64,000 bases of DNA, taken from NCBI GenBank assembly GCA_051362555.1, contig CM120644.1:20110534-20174533 (forward strand), in the 5' to 3' direction. The notes beneath the pieces were generated by a model that saw nothing but the letters and a program-made list of their open reading frames with translations, was not told the DNA's origin and did not search any database. The DNA is from Lingula anatina (lineage: Eukaryota > Animalia > Brachiopoda). Position 1 is the first letter of the stretch; each line of letters opens with the position of its first letter. Positions 33,001-45,308 of this stretch are shown here, piece after piece. The position numbers and the translations under genes were made by a program.

Positions 33001-35531
33001 AAGTGATTTAAAATTTTGCTTAACGCATGTCACTGGATTCCAATTTTTCCCTTCCAGCAAAGAAATACATCTTCTCTGCTGTGAAGACAGCTGTTGACAG
33101 AAGAAAAAGTGGAATAAGACCACCTTCTGGCGGCCAAGTTCTTGACGCCATGTTGGAAAACAACCTCCCTGTTCACGTGATCCTCAGTGACCTAGTAACA
33201 ATGATCTTTGGGGGTATGATCACTCCCCTGAACAGTGAGTTTGAATTTATGATGAAGGAAATTAAAATGGTGAACAAGAAGTGTTAATGAATTTAAAGGA
33301 AAATTAATTTACATCTTTATCTATTATTATTCCCCTTCTGTTGTGCTCATTGCATTTCAAACATTTTGGTGTCTTTTACTTGTGATGCACATGTATCCTG
33401 TGGACATTTTAAGTCGTCGTTTATGTTTTTCATTATTATTATTATTATTATTATGATTATTAATTTTATCATTATTATTATTATTATTATTATTATTTGT
33501 CTCTCCCCGTAGCGTTCACGCTGGCCCTAGGCACGCTGGCGTCTCGCCCTGACATCCAGGACCGGATATACCGGGAGGTGGCAGCAGTGCTGGGTACTGA
33601 CGGTCACGTGACCAGCAGTAAAATAGCTAACCTCACGTAAGCCATTTCTTTTGACTTGGATAATTGGTATCAGTATTTACTTATATGCTTCCAATGCACA
33701 CATTTTACCACAAATAATTTGTTTTGCCTAAAATATATATCTTCATGTCTTTTTATTCACTGTTATTAGGATTTTATTAGGAAGTCAGATAAGATTTTGT
33801 TTGGTTGGTACAAAATGAAGATTTCAATTTTGATTTTGTCTCCCCTTTCCCCCTCCAGATACACAAGACAGGTGCTAAATGAGATATTTCGACTGGAAGT
33901 AGTCGCTTTCGGTGCAAGATCTAGTGAAGATGACATTATACTCGGTGGATACTCCATTCCAAGAAAGGTACGCGTAGTCTGTCGCATCTGAAAGCCAACG
34001 ATGTTTTTCTGAAAACTTCATTTACAGTACATATCTCAGCTAAAACCAAGTTAGCAGTAAAAACCCTTTTCAAAAATTCACCCCATTATTGTATTTTCCA
34101 AACATTCTCGTTTCTTCTGATTTCAAGAACTCCCGAAGTGTTAGTTAATGTATTATACTGGTCCTATGATTGTTTTATAGACGCCCATTATTGCTGCCAT
34201 AAACGTGGCGTGCCATGATTCCAGAATATGGAAGAACCCTTACCAGTAAGTATGCACATATCTACACCGGCGGCTTCAGGATTAAATTGCCAGGGGACGC
34301 AAAGATTTTTTTCGCGAGGCAAAATAGAAAATAACCATAACAAATGAGGGCAATATGACTATAAATTATGACTGTAATGCCTGTATTTAGGACACAAAGA
34401 TGGACAATGTGTTTGGTTTTGTCTGTGTTTGCTTATTTAGACGTTTTTAATCTCTTATTTATTTATTTTTGGAGGGGGGGGGGGTTGATGGAAAAGCGGC
34501 ATCTGAACCTAAGGCAGAGGGGCACGTGGCGACGATATCTTTGATGAATTGCTCTCTGGTCCCCTTTTTTCCACATAAGTATACGGAGATTTTACATTAA
34601 AACGTTTGTCTTAACTTTGTTGAGCAAGCTAGGCCTTGAGCATAGAGGCATCTTCCAATAACAGCGGGCATCGCCCCGGGAGTACCAGAGTGAATAAGGG
34701 GAACAACGGCTATTATTCATTTATTTTATGTTCATATTCCAGATTTGACCCTGAGAGATTTAGCAGCGAAGCAGAAAAGACCAGACCAAAGTTTGTGTTT
34801 GAGCCGTATGGTATTGGGAAACGCAAGTGCCCGGGATATCGGCTGGCCAACGCTGAGCTTGTCACCATACTGGCTAACATAATGCGTGTTTTTAAGGTAA
34901 AAGGCCTAACTGTTCTCCGTGCGTTCGAATTCCTTTTCGAGCTGGAAAAGTGGAATTTCAAGTTTTTGTAGAAATGTATTTACTTAGAAGGTTTGGTAGG
35001 AACAGAAAGAAGAGGGGCCATGACAAACAATGAAAATACCGCTAATATAACGACAAAGCTGTCAAATAGACAGACATAATTATGAAAACTGACATAAGCA
35101 GTGAGACTGAAACAGAGTAAAAAAATTGATCATGAAAGAACGGTGACGGCCACGACAAAATTTGATCATGAAAGAACGGTGACGGCCACGACAAACGCTG
35201 AAGATGGGCATACACATATTTCAAGAATAATAGTGCCCATATCTTAAGGGGTTTTTAATATCATGCGTAAATATCTGATGGGAAATTGTCTGCTGAAAAT
35301 ACCAATCAAACTATCCTTCTGTGAACGTTAACCTTTACATCGATATTTTTCTTAAAACTAATAAAACTAACGCTTAATTCCCCGTAAATTAATGTATGCT
35401 TTTTCTTTATTTTTGCGTAGCTCCACCTAGTGGAGGGTCAGGAAGTCAAGGTCAACTATGGGGTAACTGGGCAACCGGACGGAGATATCTGGATCACGGT
35501 GACGAAGAGAAACTCCGACTGTCAACGGTGA
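27763..35531 (+). CDS. CYP20A1: Cytochrome P450, CYP20-like, 12 exons (27763-27846, 28721-28785, 29337-29506, 29815-29960, 32011-32181, 32407-32473, 33058-33234, 33513-33636, 33859-33967, 34181-34245, 34743-34896, 35421-35531); in-frame TAA at 29338-29340, so possibly a pseudogene or null allele
   Basis: N-terminal TM anchor. GNLDDV...SMQEFLVWLHQEFGPIAKFWYGEQFVVSVASPELLKQH resembles CYP20 GNLPDI...SLHEFLVNLHERYGPVVSFW. Also ExxR (EIFR), FDPERF, heme motif PYGIGKRKCPG and C-terminal WITVTKR. All junctions are GT-AG and in phase. The family assignment is from memory and this may be a divergent paralog. Confidence 0.85.
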
Positions 35532-36520
35532 CGGTGCTTTTCAAAGAGCGGAACCCAGCTTGTCTATTGCAGTTGAAGGGACTTCAATGTCAACGACTTA
35601 TTGCATTTGGTATAGACGGACATAATTTTTACTTTATCTATGATTTTGTTCATCCTGAGGACCTCCTTACCCTTTAATGAGTGGATTTCGTTGTTTACTG
35701 CCATCACTTTCAAATCTGCATACACAAAGCGGAGTGATCTGAATTTGAAAGTGGGGGTGTTTGTTCCCGTTGTCAGGCGGGAAATTTAAAAAAACTGTAT
35801 TAACATGAATAGTAGCATCTGCTATTCATTAAAAAACTGACATACATAAATAAAATCAGTATCATATGTCTGCAAAAGTCGGATAACTAACGCCGCTAGC
35901 CGACAATTTCCTCACTCCTGTTTATTGCTGATGACTAAATTAACAGGTTGTAGTAACAATTCGGCTGAGAGTTGATAACTTCTCACCAATTATTTGACAT
36001 AGCTGAAAAATGGGGTTTTCTGTATTCCGGTAACCAGGTTTTGCTTAATAATAATTACAGTTATTTAACTATTGTATATATATAATATAAAATACACATA
36101 AAAGAGGAATTGTTTTACCAACTCAGATTTAAGAAAAATGAAACAGATAAATAACAATAGAATAAACTAGTACGAAACAATACCGGCAGAAATAAGACGA
36201 ATGGTTAAGAATAGCTGTTAAAATTATTGGATTTACTATTAAAAAGAGGTGAGCGGTCGGATAAAAACTTTTTAAAAATCGTTTGCTTTTTCTATAAGTT
36301 AAAAGTCTATACTTGCTTGGGAGAAAGTTTTAAAAAGTTTAATGGCAGCGTGAGTGGTATCTTTCATAATCTTATCGGTTCTGGAAGCCACCTTTCAGTG
36401 TAAAATCTTCTAAGAGTTTGGTTTTGGGAGTGACGTTGTACAGGGTAATATTTCTTTAAGTTTCAAATTTTGTTCAAGTTAAAATCTGATGCAAAATCTG
36501 GGGTCAGAGATTAGGATATA

Positions 36521-36782
36521 CAGGGGCGGGTCCAGAATTATTTGAAGGGAGGTCCGCGGATTCGAAGCAGACTCCCCCCCCCCCTTTGGCGTGGGGTTCC
36601 GGGCCCCTCCAAAGGGTACCGAAACGTTTTGGTATTTTAGAGGACGAACGGTGCCTTTGGTACGGTTTAGGACTATGATTCAGCTAGTCCAAATTCTAAT
36701 TTCAAGAGGGACCATTGGTGTGAATTTTTCAGAAATCTAAGGGGGGGTCAGGACCCCTGACACCCCCCTCAATCCGCCAGTG
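36521..36782. mobile_element. Non-autonomous hAT-like MITE with 6-bp TSD
   Basis: Termini CAGGGGCGG.T / ATCCGCCAGTG. GATATA is duplicated at 36515-36520 and 36783-36788. Confidence 0.65.
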
Positions 36783-37033
36783 GATATACCTTAAGGCATT
36801 TTTCTTATTTGATTTTTTTCTTTTTTAAGTTATATTATGTGGACTTAAATTTGCTTACATTATACTTCGTGGTTTGTCATTCCACCTACATATAATGTTG
36901 AACAAATTCAAAGTCCTCGTCACGGACATGGTACACATGTACATGTAGAACAGCATGTTACCTGACATTGAAGTAGCACCTTTCTAAACATCCTTGCAAA
37001 TTTAACAGAAGCGTCATGAATAAGCGTCCTTAA

Positions 37034-37392
37034 AGGGATAACAACTGTTCGTAAGATATCCATATTTCACAATAAATACATTGTAAAAACTCATAGAAAT
37101 ATAATAAATTATATTTTACCACCAAAACGGCGGTTAACACAATTATTCCGGAATTTGTGCTTGTCAATCCATCACGTGACCTCCATAGATGGCTACACTC
37201 CGTAATAATCTCTTAAGAGAATATTACAAAAAAAAAAAAAAAAAAACTTTTTAGAAAAAAAAAAAAAAAAACAGGGACCAACTTTGAATGTGGGAATGGA
37301 TTCGTTTACCATTGCTAAGTATGGGGAAATTGTCCTTTACCCCCAAAAATGTTTTGGTCAAAATAAACAGTTAGGCCTACATGAAAATCCCT
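37034..37392. mobile_element. Non-autonomous Kolobok-like MITE
   Basis: TTAA|AGGGAT ... ATCCCT|TTAA. Homologous to 27122-27446 in the opposite orientation. Confidence 0.75.
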
Positions 37393-39062
37393 TTAACCAA
37401 GCACACACATTGACTTCGACTTTCTTCCTTTTTAGGGTCCCTTCTGTAAATTAAGATCGTCTAAGTGAGGCCTGTTTACTTGTACGTTAGAGCAGCCCAA
37501 ATGGTACAAATATCAAAGCTCGTCTCCCAGAGGAGGGGTGTTAAAGATGACCTTTTCAATTTTCTATGAAATCTCTGTGTAAGAGCCTTTAAATATGTAA
37601 CAAGTTTATTGGAGTCTGCAGAGGTAGATTGGGAAACGGTGTTAAAGGAAAAAAAGATTATCAAAAACTGGATCCAAAATTTTACTTTCTACCGAGAGAC
37701 AATAAATCCTCAGTTAAATGCTTGACAAGATGTTATTTTTTGCCATTATGATGCCAGCAAGCCCGTTCCGCGTTTGAGATGCTTAAAACTTTATCAAATC
37801 TAACAATTTTGAATCGACGCTTGACTGCGGAAATCAGGTGACCTTGTACATTATTATGTAATCCAGGTGAGAGGTGTTCAGATAGGACCGAGGTCAGTAG
37901 AAAATGGAGAAGACAGAGGTTCATGGAACGTTGCTGCAATTTCCACATGTAAACCAAAATTGAGCACAGAAAATGACAGTAAGCTGCTGTATAAGTATTG
38001 TATAGATGACATAAGATAACGTTGCCTATTTTGTGTTGATGACGTTCACCAAAATGGTGCATTTCGCACTTTAGTCCTTCTGAACACGGAGAAAATGTAC
38101 TAATGTCAAATGCACTCCATTTCAGAAGTCCACAAAGGTTAAGTAACTTATTTTATATTATTTTAGAGAGGAAACGCGATCGCCAGTGGTGAAGTGAAGG
38201 GCTTATTCCAGCTGACCAAAGGTCTGAACGAGTCCTCAACAAATAAGACGACTGGGCAGGTATCTACATTTCCCTTATGGGTTATGTTTATTGGCGAGGA
38301 CATCAACTTGTTTCTCAAAGTATGAAAAATGTGTTGTTTATTTAAATAAACGTTCAACAAACAAATGCACATATAGCAATGTTGAAATGTTTTATCACTA
38401 CACTCCTGAACACGACAGAACCAGGTCGGGTGGGTTGGCGGAAAGAAACTAGACAAAGTCCAGCTATTTTCCATCGATATGCCTTACAAATAACAGTAAA
38501 TGTATCCTCGTCTTCTGTGTTTGTTGCCCTCGCCCCCCTCCCCCAGAAAACCCTGGATTGGCCAGTAAAAACGTGCCCAGATCTATTTTAGATCCTGTAG
38601 ATTTAATGCAAATTGGGCCATCGCAAAATGTTTTTATTTACTAACTTGTGCATTCGCGAATATCTCCTTAATCCGAGCGCCTGGTATTTTCATCTAGCAT
38701 CATACATATGAATATGAAGGAGTAAGTTGACGTTAAATAGAGTGTTTAGGAAAATGAATGACACCGTTGTAAAGTGCGCGATTGCAGAGAATGTAATGCT
38801 TCATAAACATGTTCATATTATTCTAATGTTCAATAGTGTTTTTTTTAATGTACTGACATGCGTAGTGAAATGAGGTGCTGTAATGATATCCATACTGTTT
38901 TATCAAAACATTCCTTGAATGTAATTTTCTTCGTTTAATTTCAGTGACTCCTACCTACTGTTTACCGGTTGATTGGCTGCATCCGCCATCGAAGACATCA
39001 GTGCCCACTCCCATGCCAAGATTGTCTGATTCTCTTTTCGAAGTTTGTCTTTTAGTTTATGT

Positions 39063-39241
39063 GCAGGGTTGACATTTAATGAGATATGCCATGGTTTTGC
39101 CTTGGTTGCAATATTCGGTATAGAATACGTATTAACTTACTTGTTGGACACAGCCAGCATTTTACATAAGAAACTTATGATCAGAAAAAAGATAGAAATG
39201 GACTAAACAGACACCTTGCCTATACTAAGCGTCAACCCTGC
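39063..39241. mobile_element. Small MITE-like element
   Basis: Perfect 11-bp inverted termini GCAGGGTTGAC / GTCAACCCTGC, with ATGT on both flanks. Confidence 0.45.
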
Positions 39242-41609
39242 ATGTCGCTGGCTATATATTATACATATGCCTGTAAGTTGTAGTACAGTACTCTATCCGC
39301 CCATGGCAGTTTATTTAAACATTTGTGTTGGGAGAAGGTACCCATCAGTTATCGAATAAAAATATGCTTTTTTTTTTTTTTTAGTAATAACAAAAATAAT
39401 GTCAATGAAATGATGTTTTGCTTAAGTGATGGATGCAATCAAAACTGCTAGCTGTGCGATGTTTCGGTAGAGTACTGTGCTAGCACCATTTGTTTTTCAA
39501 ATATTTGAGGGCAGTTATTTTCTGAGGACAAATCTTCAGTTACACACTTAGCTGTGCATTTGTTTTTTTAATATTATTGATTTTGATGTAAAGTAAAACT
39601 CTGGGAAGAAAATATTTAAACTCCAATACAGAAATTGTTTAAACATGAAGTATTTGGGAGATAATCAGATAAGTATATTGGCTGTTCAGTTTAATAAAAG
39701 AGCATGTTGTTAATCTGCAATAACTGTAAAACACTACTTTACATTATTATTACGCTTCAGAAATTACAGCGGTATGAAAATGACAAAATGTGTCCACGTG
39801 ACTGCAGTATTCCCCACGTATTAGAACATTTTTTTTTAATTGTGGATATGCTTAGAATAAGATAACTGGTTCCCGGTGCTTTGATATTGTGTCTCATCAG
39901 ATGTTTCCCAAAATAATTGTGCATTCGATATTGCAGTAATGGTATGTACATTACCCACGTGATAAGTAAAATTGGTCCTCCATATGGGCCAACAAAATTT
40001 GCATGAGCTCATTTGTGTAGTGAACAAAACTGTTTGCCAAAACAGAAATGTAAGTGTTCTCCTAGAAAAATATCTTTGTCAATTTGCTTTATAATATTGA
40101 TGTGAGACTGGCATTTATCATAACATTGACATTTTTAATTTAGAAAAATTCTCATACAATTCAAATTAATCATTTCAGTCGTCGCAAAATTCTCTTTTTT
40201 GGAGGGGAGGGGGGGGGGGGGTAATGAGTTTTCCGAAATAATTCGATGAAGTAACATCAACCTATGTTAAATCTTGCTTAGAAAAATATAAAACAATTAG
40301 ATAAGAAAGTTTCAGGTGAGTATGAGGGAATTATAGTAACATTTATTTTTATATCTGATACATACTGTTGTTCAGCGGTTCTTATACATGTGGTTTGGTC
40401 AGTTATTTTTAGAATGTACCTAATAATCACAAAAGTCTCTTTCTTTGAAGCAATTACTATCTTAAATTGTGCAAAATTGACTCTCTATCAAAATATACAA
40501 ACGATAACTACTTTGTGATTTGGCGTTTTTTGAGTGAAAAGTTTTACCAAAATTTTGCAGGCCAGTGTTCTGTTTAAACTTGGTCTTGTATCAGTACCTA
40601 GTGCCTTTAAAATTTTTTTGTTGGTAATTAGGAGTGATTGAGGAAAAAGGTCTGATAAGATGCCAGTCTCTCACGTCCTATTGGGCTAATTCACTGGATG
40701 TTTCTTGATCACTGAACACCGGGGATCAGATTTGAGGTTATTAGCATATAAAGTTATCTAAAGTAACTGATTTTTGTGTAATATTTTATGTGTAGTTTGT
40801 ATATTATTCTTAAAGATTTCTTTGACTGGGATTAGTTTGTTAACCGACTTGTCTGTATGCCGTTCCTGATCGTGATTCGAATGCTGTTCAAATTTAAGTT
40901 GTGACTCAGAATTGATCCATCAAGTGCCTATTTTAAGATTTAATGAAAAGAAAACGATATGATCTTATTCTTAGCTGTCAGTTACATTTATCGATGAGCG
41001 AACAAACACAGAGCTTATGAAAATGAATTACTTTTGGCTATTGTTTAGATTTATGCGTGCGAATCAGCAAGAAGGCAGAGAACAAGGTGTATGTGAGTGC
41101 GGGGGGAACGCAAACTTGAGATTTTATGCATTTTGAAATTTTGATATTGCTAACAACACTAAATTTGGACAAAGATCTTTCTCGATTAATTTTACAATCA
41201 ATTATAAGACAAATGCACGAAGGTCAGCTTTGAACGAAAGTTGCAAACTGTGATACAGTTTATGTCCCAAATTGTCTATCAGTTCTGGTCAGATACAACT
41301 ATATCTTCTTTCTAGATGATGCTATGTCCACCATAGTACCCCAGCTTTTAAAATGTCGTTTGAGCAGTGATTTTCAAAATGTAAAGAATCTCCGACACGT
41401 TTTAGTTAGGACTTAAATATATTTATTATATATTATTATTTCGGAATTCGATGTTGTTATAGAAACTGCTTTGACTGTAAAAAAAAATATAACTTTGTTT
41501 TTATTAACTCTGTGTATTCTCTTGCATTCGTTAGGACAATAATAAACGTATATATGTTGTACTTTAAAAATCTGCAAAAAAAAAAAAAATGCTTCAGTTT
41601 TCATTGTTT

Positions 41610-41862
41610 TCTTCAGCTCGACGCGAACCCCTAGTATGCCAGTTTCGAGTCTGTCGTCCCTGGTCAAATACGTGCCGTCTTACCTACTGAGCTATCAACT
41701 CAACTTACTTTTCGTTATTCGTGTGCTCCACTTGTAATCGCCCAAATTGATTATTTGGAATTATTTTGCAAAAGGTAATTTGCTGGGACTCAGGAGCGCC
41801 AGGTTTCGAACTTGGGACTTGCTGACTCAGAGACAAGCGCGTTACCTATTCCTCTAACTGTT
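41610..41862 (-). mobile_element. Two degenerate tRNA-derived SINE-like heads
   Basis: Minus strand shows TAGCTCAGTAGGTAAGA...GGGTTCG (~41700-41615) and TAGAGGAATAGGTAACGCG...AGTTCGAAACCTGG (~41858-41798), i.e. A-box- and B-box-like motifs. No intact cloverleaf. Confidence 0.4.
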
Positions 41863-44800
41863 CCCACCCACCCTCCCCGGTGAGAATTTCCTCTTATAGT
41901 AACCAAAGAGAAAACTCTAAATAGGCCCAATTTGAAAATCATTCACCGATTTCAAAGTTCCCGAGTCAGGAAACGAGCCTCAACCAGTGAGGTACCACTG
42001 AGACAATGAAAATGCTACAATGTTTTACATCTTAAAAATTCTTTATTCAGAACAAAGCAAATTTCCATTATGTACACATCCATTCATTTTAAAGCATCTA
42101 TGTGCAATTGTTCATTTTGGAAAAATATTTAAAGGTTAGACAAAGTTACTGATACTCCTACGGCACCAGAAATCACCCGAAAGTGTAACAATTTCAAACT
42201 TTCTATTTATTTGATTTGACGAATAAAATTATCAACTAAACTGTAGTATTTGAATTATGTTTGATCTTATTTCAAGCAAAACATATCACAAAAATGCATT
42301 TTACAGTCTTTTTAATAAAAAAGCGTCGGAATTATATCCTTCACATCAATAATGCCACCACAAGAAAAAGAAACAGAAAAGAATCTGGACTCGCATAATC
42401 AACTCCCCAAAACCCTCCACATTGCCCAGAATTTCAGAATTTGGCTTAAGTGAAATGTCCCCGATCTGGTGGTGTTTCTTCTGTCTTTATAACTATTAAG
42501 TATTATGGAAAAATTCAGTAACTTTAGTGCTACAATGGAGTGTGATGGTTATTAATGGGAAGGATAAAGGCGCTCGCTCTTACTTCAATGTCAAAAATTA
42601 TGTTACATAAAAACAATTATGTAGAAAAGTATGTGGAACTTGAACATGTTATCAAATCTGGATAATTGTCGAGGGACAAATCAATAAATATGTTATACTA
42701 GCTACATTCATTGCTAATGCCAAAAAATCTCGTACCAGATGTTTTGTAACTTTCCAAGCATAACTTGTTATCACATATGAGCAAATAAACGTCATTTCTG
42801 CATCAACTGGTCGACAGAATGGAAGTTGATGATCAGAGAAGTTTCAAAGAATAGCAGATTTTGGAAAATGTAGCAACTTTCAACCAAATGAATGTCCTCT
42901 TCAACTTTACGCAGAATCCAGATTTGTTCAACATTGTCACTATTGCCAGTTTTACCAGTGTTTTCGTTCAAAAAGTTTCACAATGTACACTCTACAAACC
43001 TTTACTTTAGAAAATGGATGTTACTGATCTAAATGTTCAACATTACCTTAATCATTCAGTTTACAATTCTGATGAACAAATTAAAATGAGTTCTAAAAAA
43101 CGAGTTTTTATTTTCATTTAATTCATTTAAAAACAGATATATTTATACTTGTCAAAGCGGCTTTACAAGTTAAGGAATCAATTGCTGACGAAAACTGAAA
43201 TTCGTCAACTCTACATTCACGACCTTCTAAACAAAACAATTGATCGGTGTGTTAAAACGACAATGGACAAGAACAAAACAATTTTTTGTAATTTCTTAAC
43301 CGAGCATTTAAAATAAAACAAACGTTGAAGGCACACACTGAGCGTCAGATCCTTATGTAGCAAACATTTAATTTCCTTGAAAATGTCAACACTCTTTATC
43401 ACCAAGGTACAAGAATTACAATCCGTGCACCACTTTTACGGTTCTGAGGGTTCCCTCGTAATGAAGTTAGACATTGGAGAATTTCACTCGTGACGACAAA
43501 TTCGTGAAATGCAAGACTCAAAAGCTGATTTATATTTATTTTTAACTACAGTGAGACTTAGTGGAGAGCGTTATTACAGACCTTGACTTTGCCTTATAAA
43601 CTTAAAGCGTACTTTTTCCCAAAATAGATAAGGGTGTTTTCGTGAAAAAGCAAATATTGCTGAATTATCTAGGTTTTATTTTGGATAAAGATCTAACGCT
43701 CATTGTCTGCCTTCAGTTAAATAAATTTGTGATTTCAAAGAGAATGGAATTATTTCACATGATGGGCTCAGACAGGCGGTTTAACGTGAAATTACAAATT
43801 GACTTCAGTCAATTAATTCATTCAATGTTATTTTGCCGATTTTTAATTAATTGTAACTGGATAAGGGAACTATGAAAGCATGCTAACAAGATCAATAACT
43901 AAAGGCTACTCTATACATATATACATATATTTCATATACATATATTTCTCCTGACATCATGAAAAACAATGATCAAAATGTGAAAAAATGCCCGAACAAA
44001 CTTTCCGAGTATAGTTTAACTACAACTCGACTCAAATGTTTTAACGTAGTAAAAGGTTAAAACTTTAAGTTATGAACTTAAATTAATACTTGTATACGAA
44101 TATCATGTTTTAAGGACACAGGCAGGGCTAAACAAAAACTCCCAAATAAGTGCCTTTACGTACATACATGTAGTTTGGGTAACAGACAGCAGGATAACCC
44201 ACAGTTCCTTGGCATGTACATAAATTATATTTTACTGATGACGTCATTACTACAAATTGGGGGCAGAAATTGTAAAATCACTTTCTCAAATATCTGCTAT
44301 AACTTATCTCAAGCGTTTTAACGTATTGAAAGGAAACAACTTCATAAAATTTAATGATTATACCTATAATGCGTTCTTCTATTTGAAAATGGAAATATAA
44401 TACTCAACCACCAGCCGGTCACTCAATATGAACACGCTTATGACGATGGTTTCAAACTGGCCATTCCAAAGCATTTCCCCATTCTTGACTACATTCCACG
44501 CGTGAAACATTTACTGATACTGTTATTTCTTATCTCAAAATTAATAACATGAGGTGCAACTGTATTTGTCATTTCCATGGGATGTGAAGAGCTGGTGAAA
44601 ATGTGGAGGAATCAAAATGGGGAAATCTTGGGACACTACCAAACCCAGTTTTTTAAAAGCATTTAGACATGAATAATAAATCACAAGAAAGTTATCATCG
44701 AATGCCTAACATTAATATCTTAGAACGTTGTACTAAATTGTTTAAAACTGATATATTCGTATACTTAGTATCCAAAGCTATCTGGACCGCCTTGCATCCA

Positions 44801-45103
44801 CTCCCTGGTCACTCAAAACTGATGAAAAGTGACATCTCTTTCAAGAGTGCGAGTTCAATAAGATATTTGGGGGAGAAGGCAGGATGTATTGACCGCATTT
44901 TGATTCAATACTTAAAGCTATCTGACAGGTGAACTTTCATTTTCAATTTATTGTAATAAAAAATTGTAGGACGCATTTGTGTAAGATATATTTCAAAACA
45001 CACCATAGATAAAATAAATCCTATACCCTAACACCCCCTTAATGAAACGCCATTCTGAAGGTCACTGGCTATGGTCAAATGAACAGTTTTTAGTAGTGTG
45101 TAT

Positions 45104-45308
45104 GGCCGCTTTCACAACCAAGTTGATCTGCGGACTAACTAACCGCGGATCAAATATGGCGCGCACTTGACAAAGGATTCCCGCCTCCCACACGCGCCGT
45201 CCAAGCAGGGGCAGGGCAATAAAATCTCGTCACGCTTTAAAGTGGGGCGACTCATATTTGATCAGTGTACTAGTTAGTCCGGGGATCAACTGGTTCTCAA
45301 TGCACCCT
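45104..45308. mobile_element. Palindromic MITE, same family as 12575-12758 and 21148-21329
   Basis: Inverted arms AGTTGATC..CGGACTAACTA...GATCAAATATG / CATATTTGATC...TAGTTAGTCCG..GATCAACT. Confidence 0.6.

Noticed and set aside
35126-35196. 36-bp two-copy duplication in the last CYP intron (similar two-copy repeats at 1499-1585 and 46828-46930)
   Set aside because: These do not overlap splice sites and have only two copies; ordinary local duplications.
41610-41862. tRNA genes
   Set aside because: A/B-box-like motifs are present but no intact cloverleaf stems, so treated as SINE relics.
37476-44932. Scattered 60-110 aa ORFs in the intergenic zone
   Set aside because: No recognisable domains or consistent exon chain; compatible with chance ORFs or decayed repeats.
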